A stretch of DNA of 37,478 nt from Aduncisulcus paluster (Eukaryota), in the NCBI GenBank assembly GCA_024181965.1, contig BQXS01012576.1, forward strand, positions 1 through 37,478. The letters run 5' to 3'. A program made the translations under genes and the position numbers. The notes beneath the pieces were generated by a model. The model saw nothing but the letters and a program-made list of their open reading frames with translations. It searched no databases and was not told the DNA's origin. This document shows, one piece after another, positions 21,644-32,127 of the stretch (position 1 is its first letter; every line of letters begins with the position of its first letter).

Positions 21644-22894
21644 ATGAATTCAGAAGGAATAGAAAAATCCGAATGGATTAAAGCAATAGAAGATCAAGCC
21701 AAATATCAAACAACCCATAATTCAAATACTGCCTCCTCAGAGACCCCAGATGTTTCAGACGTTCATATTTATGAGGGAAAATCTAAAAAAAGCCACTCAT
21801 ATCATCCAAAACATTCTTCAACTACACTAAAATCGTCAGAATACGTTCTTTATCCAACTCAAGCATTTCAATCGCCTCCCCACGTATATTCACCGTATAT
21901 TCAAACATATGGAGCTCAAAATACTTCCCCACATGTTCAATTAGGTATTCACACACATGATATATCCCCTAGGCATTTTCAACCTTCTCCTTCTCATAGT
22001 GTCGGCTTTGCAAGTCATGCAACACCAATGGCAGTAGGTCATGGATTTTCAACTCAATATCAACCAATATTTTATCCCGGAGCCCCCATTGAATTTCCCG
22101 ATCTCAAACAACCCAAATCTCCTGTGTATTATCAAAACCAGGTGAAACATGAGAGGACGTCTGAGCATGGGAGTAAGAAAGAACATCATCATTCATCTCG
22201 TCATGCTCATCAGAAAAAACCGGTCTCTTCGGAGCCATTTTCATATTCTACTCCAATTTCTTCCCATCCTAAAACGACCAGTGCTCTAAGTTCTGCTTCT
22301 AAACGATCTCGAAAGGCCAAACACTTTATGGAAGATTCCAGCCAAGATGATTCTGCAGATTCTGTGAAAATGTCCATTGTCTCCGAGAAATCATTAAAGG
22401 GTGATAATGAACATATTTCTCTCAAGAATGTGCACAAATCTCCTGATAAATCGATGAAATTTAAGGATTATTGTCCGGATTCGGGTTCACAGTCTGAAAA
22501 GAAACAAGAACAAAATGGTGACTTGGTATCGACCTCTGATCTAATTGCTCCAACGTTTGTTTCTGTTGATATTCCCACAAAAATATCATCATCCCCAAGA
22601 GTAACTGAGCTCCAACAACTCAAAGCTGATCACAAGGCTTTGCTCCATACTCATTCGCTGCTGGAAATGACTGTAGAGGAACTGAAATCAAGTGTGGAAA
22701 CGATAACGAAGGAGAAAACAGGCATTCAGGCTGAGCTTGTGAATGCAAAATCGACGATAAAATCTCTTGAGAATCAAGTTGATTTATTATTAAAAGAGAG
22801 AACCAAACAAAAGAACCAAAATGAGAAACAGGTGGATGTAATTTCAGCTCAAAAATATGCTGTTGAGGGAAGAAAAGAATCGAGACTGAAATGA
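21644..22894 (+). CDS. Hypothetical Ser/His/Pro-rich protein with C-terminal coiled coil; probably the 5' part of a frameshifted gene
   Basis: First ATG at 21644. Heptad pattern from RVTELQQLKADHKALL to the stop. The TGA overlaps the next ATG (ATGA, 22891-22894). Confidence 0.75.
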   Translation: MNSEGIEKSEWIKAIEDQAKYQTTHNSNTASSETPDVSDVHIYEGKSKKSHSYHPKHSSTTLKSSEYVLYPTQAFQSPPHVYSPYIQTYGAQNTSPHVQLGIHTHDISPRHFQPSPSHSVGFASHATPMAVGHGFSTQYQPIFYPGAPIEFPDLKQPKSPVYYQNQVKHERTSEHGSKKEHHHSSRHAHQKKPVSSEPFSYSTPISSHPKTTSALSSASKRSRKAKHFMEDSSQDDSADSVKMSIVSEKSLKGDNEHISLKNVHKSPDKSMKFKDYCPDSGSQSEKKQEQNGDLVSTSDLIAPTFVSVDIPTKISSSPRVTELQQLKADHKALLHTHSLLEMTVEELKSSVETITKEKTGIQAELVNAKSTIKSLENQVDLLLKERTKQKNQNEKQVDVISAQKYAVEGRKESRLK

Positions 22895-24099
22895 AGCATT
22901 TGAAGGAGCAACACGCAAGAGAAAGCCTTCAAAGTCAGAGAGAATTGGCTCAAGCAAGAAGAGAGGTGAAAGAATTAACCAAGGTTATTGAAGATAAAAA
23001 ATGGGCTTCAATCTGTTCAGAAAAGAAATCAAAAGTCGTTGAATTTGGGATAAAGCCAGAATTGGATACAGGATCAAGAAAAGGTGTGAAAGATCATGAT
23101 TCTTCTTCACTCCCAAATCAAAGTTCTCAACGATCGATAGAAATTGGACGAAAAAGTGGTATTGGTCAGAACTGGTCTGTTTCTGATGGATCTCCAACCT
23201 CTCAGCAATTATTTATTCAACCAGATCTTACAATTGATCATCCCATTCCACAAAGTCAAAGTGATACCAGGGAAAAGAATGAATCTTCCAAAAGTCACGT
23301 GCATAGATATGTTCGAGATGAGGGTGAATCCAGAGAGAAACAATGGAAACGTCGCCTAGAATTTGAGAAATTTATGTATAAACAACGTCAACTCATGGGA
23401 GATAAAGAGGATTCTTCCCACAAATACATTGAGGATTCTTGTTCAAGATTTGATCACGAATTAAAATTTGAGGACAAATCTGAGTATGAGGAGGTGAGTG
23501 ATCGTCAGAGGAAACGTAGCATGCCTGATGCAAGAGATGACAAATATCATCCAGAACCTAGGCATTACATTCCTCCATATATATCTGAGCGTCAGCAGGA
23601 ACAGGACTTTTCAAAGTTTCTTGAAGCCGAAAGTCGGGAAAAGGATACATTTATGAAACAAATGGATATGATGGCTGGTCGAACATCAAGGGATAGATTA
23701 CCTCGAAAATCTCATGAAACTCCTCGTTCATCGCAGGTACAGGAATCATCTTCAATTGATGATAAAAGGAAAAGAGAAGGGGAAGTTCGAGATTCACATT
23801 CTCCTCTAAAGAATTCTCCCAATAATGTTTATTCGTCGCATGAAATGCCCCCTATTGCAACTGAGGTTGACTTTTTTGATATTCGTCGAAGATTGGGTGA
23901 AGCTCAAGCACAATTAAGTCAATTTCAACTCGAAAAAAAGAGGCTGATGGAAGAATATGATCGCTTGTGTAGTTCCCAAATCAAAAAGAGGAGAGATATT
24001 GAACGCAAACATGCTTTAAATGAATCAATTGAAATATTTTCACATCGAGTGGCCACATACAAGGCTTTGGTGAAGGATTTGGAAGATATGCTAAGCTGA
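22891..24099 (+). CDS. Hypothetical charged coiled-coil protein; probably the 3' part of the upstream gene
   Basis: 402-aa ORF that begins mid-coiled-coil and ends in a helical-hairpin-like segment (LEKKRLMEEYDRL...RKHALNESIE). Confidence 0.75.
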   Translation: MKHLKEQHARESLQSQRELAQARREVKELTKVIEDKKWASICSEKKSKVVEFGIKPELDTGSRKGVKDHDSSSLPNQSSQRSIEIGRKSGIGQNWSVSDGSPTSQQLFIQPDLTIDHPIPQSQSDTREKNESSKSHVHRYVRDEGESREKQWKRRLEFEKFMYKQRQLMGDKEDSSHKYIEDSCSRFDHELKFEDKSEYEEVSDRQRKRSMPDARDDKYHPEPRHYIPPYISERQQEQDFSKFLEAESREKDTFMKQMDMMAGRTSRDRLPRKSHETPRSSQVQESSSIDDKRKREGEVRDSHSPLKNSPNNVYSSHEMPPIATEVDFFDIRRRLGEAQAQLSQFQLEKKRLMEEYDRLCSSQIKKRRDIERKHALNESIEIFSHRVATYKALVKDLEDMLS

Positions 24100-24887
24100 T
24101 GCATCACTGTTGATGAAAGAAGAAATATTTATTAGATCTATTTGCCAAAAATAAGAAACCAAATATGACAAATATTAGATATTAAATATATAAAATATGT
24201 TTAAAATTGCAGAAAATATGAGGAAAGAAAACTTGTAAAAGAAAATCACTCTTCATTTGGGTCTTCTTTTCAAGAATGAACCAACAACAAAATCATCCTA
24301 AAAACAACAGATTTGATTCAAAAAAAAAAAAAGGTATAAATCAAATCATTAAATTTCTGTGGCGAATAATTAAAATAATGTTTTAGTTCAAAAATATATA
24401 AATTAAAATTTTAAAAAAATAAAGAAATGACAATAGGCAAAGAGGAGGAATTCAATCAAAAGAAAGAAAATCTATGAACCCACGATTTCTGAGATCTTAC
24501 TAATATCATCTTGACATCTTTCATATCTATAATCTATTGAAAAATAATAGTATTACCATCTTTCCGTGGAAAAATAATCATTGTTTTATATAAAAAAAAT
24601 CTATTTTTGGAACAAATTATATTTTAGAATAAATTACAATACCCAAGAAGGAATAGAATAATAAAAATTGATTAAAAAAGTTCAACACCTTGGACAACGA
24701 ACATGCAATATTAAAATATCCAAAAATAGAAACCAAAGCGTGAGAAAGAAAGGTTTTTGTTTCTTTGGTTGTTACGGACGAAAGATAATCAAAGAATGTA
24801 TAAACAAAACATAAACAACAATAATATTAAAATTAATATCAAAATAATAGAAAAAATAATAGAAATAATTCTGACGATCTCGACACC

Positions 24888-25744
24888 AACGATAAAATAA
24901 ATGCTTAGATGTGAGATTTGTCAGATAGAATAGAATAATGATATTCTTTGGTCGGGAGATCTTTGTTTCTAACAAAAGGTTTAGAAGAAAATAAATAGCA
25001 TTCTTTTGCTTCTTATTATTCTTATATATAATTTAAACAGAAAGATCCCGAGGAGTTCAAGCAAAAAAAAGTTGTTGATCACGATGCTGGGTGCACACGT
25101 AGCAGTATTGTGAGACAGAAAACTATAAAACAAATATACTAAATATAAACTATAAATAAGATAGAAGTGTGTGCTCACAGATACAAAATAATATATAAAA
25201 GATATAAAAATGGGAAGAATAAGAGAACGGATTGATAGTCAGAACACTGTTCATACTGGACGATGAACTTATGTATATGTATGTTGAAGCAAATAATAGC
25301 AAGGATATAAATAACGATAAAATAAATGCTTAGATGTGAGATTTGTCAGATAGAATAGAATAATGATATTCTTTGGTCGGGAGATCTTTGTTTCTAACAA
25401 AAGGTTTAGAAGAAAATAAATAGCATTCTTTTGCTTCTTATTATTCTTATATATAATTTAAACAGAAAGATCCCGAGGAGTTCAAGCAAAAAAAAGTTGT
25501 TGATCACGATGCTGGGTGCACACGTAGCAGTATTGTGAGACAGAAAACTATAAAACAAATATACTAAATATAAACTATAAATAAGATAGAAGTGTGTGCT
25601 CACAGATACAAAATAATATATAAAAGATATAAAAATGGGAAGAATAAGAGAACGGATTGATAGTCAGAACACTGTTCATACTGGACGATGAACTTATGTA
25701 TATGTATGTTGAAGCAAATAATAGCAAGGATATAAATAACGATA
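24888..25744. repeat. 425-bp perfect tandem duplication in an AT-rich intergenic region, no gap
   Basis: Copies at 24888-25312 and 25313-25737. Boundary homology aacgata(a/t)aata begins at 24888, 25313 and 25738. Confidence 0.95.
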
Positions 25745-26214
25745 TAATAGGAAAATTCAATATATTCTAAAAATAGAAAAGATATATAATGTTCATCAGT
25801 TTGAGAATTGAGACGATCTAGAACAATATATATTTGTAATAAAAAAGATATAATATGAAATCAAGAGAAATAAAATGAAAACAGCTCGATAAATTGAAGA
25901 AAAACACAACAAGGATTATTCTTCAAACGAATTAAAAAAAAAAAAAAAAATCTTAAGTTTGAAATGAAATCAATAGAATGGGATTCGAACAATAAAAAGT
26001 TGAAATTTAAATATTTGACCATCAAAAAATAGTATTAAAATCGAATTATCAACTAAATTATTAATTATCGAAAGCAAAAAGAGCAAATAAATCAAGAAAT
26101 CAGAGAAATATTGGAGAAAAACACTAAAATTAGAAACTGAGAGTGAGGAAATAATTAGTAGTCATGATAAATATAACAAAAACTTATAACAAATCAATTG
26201 GGTTTGTTCATATT

Positions 26215-28056
26215 TTAACATCCTTTTATCATTGGTTCATCACTTGAGGAACTCAGACGTCTGCGATCACTTCCAATGACAAGAGAAAGCTGATCTTCCC
26301 CCATCGAGAGATCATCTCTGGAAGAGGTGGAAGAGGTGGAGGAGATAGAAGCTGTGGAAGTGCACACAGGTTGTCTAGAACTATTCGGATAAGCACCTGG
26401 CATACCAACATGCCCATCATATCCCCTTGAGGAAATATGGCACGAAAGGGGAGCAGTGTCCTCTCGAGCAGGAGTTATGCTATTGGAATGAATGTCATAA
26501 TGGTGCTGGTATCCATGAAAGGTCATACTGGGATCATACAAATGCTGACTTGATATGGGCTGAGGAAATACGAAGGAGGGTTGGCCATGAGGTTCTTGAA
26601 CTGAAGACAGCATTTCAGGCGGATTTGAGGGTGAAACCTTGCGATTCTGGTGGTGGGATGATATTCCGACCGTGCGGCCATAACCATCGTGAGGAATCAT
26701 CTGTTCAGAAGGACATGGGATTGAATAAGATCCGGCTCGAGGGGAAGACTTGGCACTGAAATCCATATCAGAAGAAGAAGAAAATGATCCTCTTGTCACA
26801 TGAGCAGTGTGTGAATGCATTGGGAAGGAAAGGTGGGAAGACATGTCGTGGGGGGACATTCTCTTGGTACCTGTAGGCAGAGAGTCATCAGGAATTAAGG
26901 GTTGCTTGGGCAGAGATGTCTGGGAAGCGATGGAGGAACCGTGTATTTTCATGCCATGGGGAAGAATTGGTTGCTCTGAGGGGGATGAAAAACGTCGTTC
27001 TATATGGCCAGAGAAGGAAGACGGATGATGGAGAGAGATTGGACGAGGATTTGATTTGGGGGAGTGTGGAACATGACCATTCGGACAGTAGTGGGGGTTT
27101 GATACAATCGTGGAGGTTGAAGAGTGGGCATATCCGTCTGGATAAATAGTACGGCCATGAACAGGATAGGTATGATGAGAATCAATCGGATATCGCTCAG
27201 GATACGAACTGAGATGAGTCTGGGATGGGTGAGTGGCCGACAGATGCATGGATGATCCAGAAATGGACGATCTTTTCACTGTCACATCTTCTGGACACAT
27301 CGAGACTTCCATAGCATGATGAAGAGGAGAGATACTGCTTGTATGGATTGTTTGTGTATGAACCAATGGTTGATGCTTGGGAGAATAGGAAAGAACATGA
27401 CTTTGCGGATGATATAGGTCCTGTGAGGGATGAGCATATGGAATATGCTTCGAAGTTGTTGCACCGCTGTACAACGGAAGAGGATATCCATGTGGGGAAT
27501 GAAAGGACCTGTGAGGGGGATGAGCAGAGGAATGAGGACATGATGAAGGAAATTGATTAGGATAGGGGCATGAGGATTGAGGGGGGAGGGGGAGGGAGCT
27601 TTTCGAGGGAGAATGATATTGTGAAGTTGCTGATATAGCTAAAGAATGACTCATAGGGAAATGGTCAGGTGGGGAATCTGAGGATCTTGGCTGAATACAA
27701 CTTTCATGTTGATAATATTGAGATTCAGTAGGCTTCGTTAGAAAATTTATCCCTTTTGAAGAAGATTTGGGTATCTTTTTTTGCTTTCGGCCATGAAAAT
27801 TATGAAAGTGGGCATGTGAAGAGATAAAGGCTCGTTTGGCTGGCTCAGCACCTAAAAGAACGCCATTAATTCTCATGTGATGAAGACTATCAATGGCTTT
27901 CTTTTCTTCTTCTTCGGTTTCATAGTCGACGAAACAATATTTTGCACAATCTTGATCCGGCTTAGTTATTTTAACAACCTGGCCGTATGAAGATATTAGA
28001 TCACGAAAAGATTTATCAGATACGTCCTTTGCAATATTATGACAGAAAATGGTCAT
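26215..28056 (-). CDS. RNA-binding protein: N-terminal RRM plus ~530-aa His/Ser/Pro-rich disordered tail
   Basis: RNP2-like IFCHNI, RNP1-like KYCFVDY, and KKAIDSLHHMRINGVLLGAEPAK within the first ~75 aa. Confidence 0.85.
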   Translation of the reverse strand: MTIFCHNIAKDVSDKSFRDLISSYGQVVKITKPDQDCAKYCFVDYETEEEEKKAIDSLHHMRINGVLLGAEPAKRAFISSHAHFHNFHGRKQKKIPKSSSKGINFLTKPTESQYYQHESCIQPRSSDSPPDHFPMSHSLAISATSQYHSPSKSSLPLPPQSSCPYPNQFPSSCPHSSAHPPHRSFHSPHGYPLPLYSGATTSKHIPYAHPSQDLYHPQSHVLSYSPKHQPLVHTQTIHTSSISPLHHAMEVSMCPEDVTVKRSSISGSSMHLSATHPSQTHLSSYPERYPIDSHHTYPVHGRTIYPDGYAHSSTSTIVSNPHYCPNGHVPHSPKSNPRPISLHHPSSFSGHIERRFSSPSEQPILPHGMKIHGSSIASQTSLPKQPLIPDDSLPTGTKRMSPHDMSSHLSFPMHSHTAHVTRGSFSSSSDMDFSAKSSPRAGSYSIPCPSEQMIPHDGYGRTVGISSHHQNRKVSPSNPPEMLSSVQEPHGQPSFVFPQPISSQHLYDPSMTFHGYQHHYDIHSNSITPAREDTAPLSCHISSRGYDGHVGMPGAYPNSSRQPVCTSTASISSTSSTSSRDDLSMGEDQLSLVIGSDRRRLSSSSDEPMIKGC

Positions 28057-28807
28057 TTAAGAATAATTGGGAAATCGTGATTATAACCAGAACAATATTA
28101 CGAAAAATGAGTCAAAAAAAATGATCTCGTATTCAAGGGGAAAGGAAAAATGAAAATCCTTCTTGAAACTTGGATCAAAAGGATGTGGAGGGAGAGGATT
28201 TTGACCAGGCTAGAATTCACTGTTTGCAGCTTCAACATTGAAGTGGATGATCTAACGGTTCGTGCAAGAATTTATCCATAAAAGAAAGATTATTTTCAAT
28301 ATTAAATAGTTATATTGTTTTCTTATGCAGTTCATTTGCTCAGACAATTGCAAATTCCGGTAATCAATTAAATTAAGCTATTTATGCAGATAAAAGGACA
28401 TATTTATTATTGAAATAGCATACAGAAGAATTATTTATGAATGCTATATTAAGATAAGCCATAACGGCTATGATAGAAGAATTATTTCGAAAATAGAAAA
28501 AATAAAGCAGGGAAATTCTCATTACATTATTAATATTAGCAAGTAATGTAAATAATAATCATTAAGAAGTGAAAATATAATTGATGTGAGTGAATATTAA
28601 AATTGATTTTGATAGACAAGAATCAAATTTAGAAACTTAAAATTAAAAGGACTTATCATTTCAAGGTAAGATAATCCATTCAAATAACAAAAAGTAAGAA
28701 ATAAAACAAAATAAAACAACAAATTTTCAGAATTGAGAGATATATATCAAAACATCACGATTTAAGCAATATAAATATATATATAAAAATCAACGTGGAA
28801 AGTCCAT

Positions 28808-30823
28808 CTATTCATCGTCATCGTCAACAATGACCTCCAATCTTCCCTTGTTGATAACATCGAGCACTTCAGGGTTGGCCAGTCCACTCATGTCTCCCCA
28901 TTGTTCCTTGGGCTTACCATCAGCGATACCTCTGAGCATTCTCCTCATCATCTTTCCACTAAGAGTCTTTGGAAGGGCATCAACCCATTGGATGAGGGAA
29001 GGCTTGGCAAGCTCTCCAATCTTCTTCACAAGCATCTCACTATAGTCCTTCTTGAACTTCTCCAGCATAGCAGGGGTGGCTTTGGCACTCACTTGAGGGA
29101 ACAGACGGACAAAGAGATACAGACCTCTTCCCATGATAGGGTGTGGACAGCCGACAGCAGCTACTTCAGCAACAGCAGGGTGCATGGAGATACAACTCTC
29201 AACCTCACCTGTCCCAATACGATGGGCATACCCTGTCTTAATAACATCATCGACACGACCAATCACTGTGTACAGGCCATCCTCGTCACGCCTTGCAACA
29301 TCTCCAGAGTAGAAATAACCAGGATATGGGTCAAAATAAGTCTTCTTGTACTCGTCCATGTGTCCATAGAAACCAGCAATCATTCCAGCCCAAGGCCTCT
29401 TGAATACAAGAACACCTTCAACCTCATTGCCTTCAAGTTCTTTCCCACTATCATCAAGGAGAGCAGGGAATTGGGATGGCTGGGGAATATAGCCTCCACC
29501 AGGTTTGAATCCAGAGATCTCACGGTGGTGTCCAAGGAAACAGCCTTCAGATTGACCGTAAATGTGGATAAGCTCACTCTCACCATCCCTACAAACAGTC
29601 TTATGGATCCATTGCCAAAGATCGGGACTGCACACTTCCCCAGCGGTGATAACGGTTCTCAAGTGGGTCAGATCACAAGAAGAGACATATTTAGGACCGA
29701 GGGCACGTATCAAACGGTAATATGTTGGCTGAGTCATGAAGGAAGCAACAGAGTGACGCTCAAGAATCTCAAAAACACGACCAGGGGAAGGATAGAAGAA
29801 GTCTCCCTCGTACATAAGAGTAGTGATTCGAAGAAGGAAGGGACCAAGAACAGCGTAAGCGATTCCTCCAATCCAGGCGGGGTTTCCACAACACCACACA
29901 ACATCACCAGTGTCTGTATTATGATAGATATCCGGACCCATAGCTGCCCATACACAGTAAGCAATTGTATGCACAATACCTTTCGGAACACCACTTGAAC
30001 CAGAAGAATAAATGATAAAGAAAGGTTCGTTGGCCTCAACCAAAGTATAATCACATTCTTTGGGCATTGAAGCAATCTCTTTCTCGAAATTCAAATCGGT
30101 CGGATGTGATTCATAGTCTAAGCCAGTGAAATGATGGACAATTGTGTGACGGACGTTGGGACAGCCAGAGAGGGCTACATTAGCTTTTTCTTTGATTGGA
30201 TCATGTTTAATCCCGGAGATTCCTTCATCACAGGTGATAAGAATAGAGCTTCCAGATTGTTCAATACGAGTTTGAAGGGCTTCAGCGGAGAGAGCAGAAA
30301 AAACCGTAACGAATATGGCACCAAGACGAGCACAAGCTAAAATGGCCATAATCATCTGAGGACGCATTGGAAGGTAAATACAAACTCGATCTCCCTTTGT
30401 AACACCAAGTTTCTTGAGGAGATTAGCATACTGACAAACATGTTCATGCATCTCTTGATAAGAAAAGCGTTTGATATTTGAAGGGTCATTTCCTTCCCAT
30501 ATTAGGGCAATATCATCACCATTTCCTGCCTCAATGTGTCGATCCAATGCATTCCAGCAATAGTTGGTTTCATAACCAGTGAACCATTTTATCTTTCCGT
30601 TTTTCATGTCACAATCGTAAATTTTGCTCCCTTTTTTCATCCAAACGATGTGTTTCTTGAATTCTCCTTCCCAATAAGCTTCTGGATCACTCCAAGATTC
30701 ATCGAACATTGAACGGAACTGAGATGCATTGTAGTGCAAAGGAAGAGCGCTATTACAATCCCACTGAGCATATTTCTTCTTAGTGGGCATCTCAAGCGGC
30801 ATGAAAGGTTTCTCCTCGGGCAT
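28808..30823 (-). CDS. AMP-forming acetyl-/acyl-CoA synthetase (Acs-like); start could alternatively be ATG 30853 or 30886
   Basis: NYCWNALDRH, ALIWEG, GVTKGDRVCIYLPM, P-loop YSSGSSGVPKG, YFYSGDVARRDEDG, GRVDDVI, and catalytic-Lys motif LPKTLSGKMMRR. Confidence 0.95.
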   Translation of the reverse strand: MPEEKPFMPLEMPTKKKYAQWDCNSALPLHYNASQFRSMFDESWSDPEAYWEGEFKKHIVWMKKGSKIYDCDMKNGKIKWFTGYETNYCWNALDRHIEAGNGDDIALIWEGNDPSNIKRFSYQEMHEHVCQYANLLKKLGVTKGDRVCIYLPMRPQMIMAILACARLGAIFVTVFSALSAEALQTRIEQSGSSILITCDEGISGIKHDPIKEKANVALSGCPNVRHTIVHHFTGLDYESHPTDLNFEKEIASMPKECDYTLVEANEPFFIIYSSGSSGVPKGIVHTIAYCVWAAMGPDIYHNTDTGDVVWCCGNPAWIGGIAYAVLGPFLLRITTLMYEGDFFYPSPGRVFEILERHSVASFMTQPTYYRLIRALGPKYVSSCDLTHLRTVITAGEVCSPDLWQWIHKTVCRDGESELIHIYGQSEGCFLGHHREISGFKPGGGYIPQPSQFPALLDDSGKELEGNEVEGVLVFKRPWAGMIAGFYGHMDEYKKTYFDPYPGYFYSGDVARRDEDGLYTVIGRVDDVIKTGYAHRIGTGEVESCISMHPAVAEVAAVGCPHPIMGRGLYLFVRLFPQVSAKATPAMLEKFKKDYSEMLVKKIGELAKPSLIQWVDALPKTLSGKMMRRMLRGIADGKPKEQWGDMSGLANPEVLDVINKGRLEVIVDDDDE

Positions 30824-31369
30824 TGTTTCGTAATCAAAAAGCAAAATCGGCATCACAATTGTTGGGCAAGTGCAAATGGACTTCATAAACCAAATAGAAA
30901 ATGAAAAAATTAAAGACAAAAACGCATGAAAGAATTTTATTCATTGTTTATTATTTAATATTGTTATTTTCTCGCTCACAGGGAGAAAACCATTTTCGCA
31001 GATAAAACTACTTGCACCGTCTTCATAATATGAATCGTTTGCATATCTAGAATATTTGAAACTGAATTTAAGGAACACTTAAACCCCGAACGGCATTTTT
31101 GTGCATGTTTTTGAATGAAAGACTTCCCATGTTGAAGTTAACTTAACTTGAAGTTGGCTTTGTCAACGTGCTCTTTTAATCGCCCTGAACATATTCAGCG
31201 ATAATTAAGTGGCGAACTTTCAGTGGGTTCTTCACAGCTAGCATGAGAGTATTCATATATCGCGAGTGAACCACAGCTTGAAGCTGACAACTTCAGAATC
31301 CTGAATATTTCAAGTAATACTTTGATTGAAACAATAATAAATAAGGTTTGAGAAAGAATGAAGTGATTT

Positions 31370-31765
31370 TCATTTCTTTTTTCTCACAATGACACGTTTT
31401 GTAGCTAGTTTTTTCTTAGTGGCAATGCTCTTTGTCTTTCTTGATGTAGGTCGTATAATTTCAAAAGTGGGGGGTACTATTGTCTTATCAAAAGATGGAA
31501 AGGAGGCCCCATCTGCCAACAAATTCCAAATTCTTACATCCTCCACTCGTGCACTAGGGGAGCCAATTTTGAGCCAATCAATCATTTTTTTCGAATTTTC
31601 TTTGTTGATTGTATTATAACACACTCCAGTAACCGATCCATCAGCCATATTTTTGACATGTCCAGTTAAAGAAAGCTCTTGAGCCATTCGTTTCGTATAC
31701 TTACGGAACCAAACGCCTTGAACCTTTCCCAAAACTTGAAATTTAAAAGCATCAATCAATGACAT
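31370..31765 (-). CDS. Acylphosphatase with a basic C-terminal extension
   Basis: Signatures GKVQGVWFR (catalytic Arg) and GHVKNMADGSVTG (catalytic Asn), then GSPSARV and FEII. Confidence 0.92.
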   Translation of the reverse strand: MSLIDAFKFQVLGKVQGVWFRKYTKRMAQELSLTGHVKNMADGSVTGVCYNTINKENSKKMIDWLKIGSPSARVEDVRIWNLLADGASFPSFDKTIVPPTFEIIRPTSRKTKSIATKKKLATKRVIVRKKK

Positions 31766-32127
31766 TAGTTGGGCCGTTCAAATGACCAACCAAAAACGAA
31801 ATTTCATTTTGTACAAATTCGTAATGTCAGGTTGGTAGCTATGAATTTATAATTTATGTATTCAATCGTATTAAAACTATTTTTATGTTGTTTACGGCCT
31901 CATTTCATATTATACGAATTGATAGAGAAAACACAATTTCTTGCTCTTGAGAACAATAATTATTCAATTTGAGACATTTATTTCTCTTTCTCTCGCAAGA
32001 TGTGAGAAATTGAAGTTTATAACACCAAAAAATACTAAAATATCTGTTGTAACATCCAATGATGAGACAAGGTGAATAATTGAAAAATAACTCAAAAATA
32101 ATGACATTTCTTGAATGAAAAATACAA

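Noticed and set aside
24772-25760. Duplicated 65-aa hydrophobic ORFs and neighbours
   Set aside because: Mostly non-ATG starts; the F/L/I/Y composition simply reflects the T-rich strand; no convincing exon structure on either strand.
25975-26000. gttcgaatcc T-loop/B-box-like motif on the minus strand
   Set aside because: The flanks do not form a T-stem or cloverleaf, so it is not a tRNA.
28901-29998. 365-aa antisense ORF
   Set aside because: Codon-register shadow of the conserved acyl-CoA synthetase; no independent protein features.
31080-31320. Slightly GC-richer intergenic stretch with CTGA motifs, considered as a box C/D snoRNA
   Set aside because: No clear RUGAUGA box C, terminal stem or identifiable rRNA-complementary guide. 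An Infernal/Rfam search would be needed.
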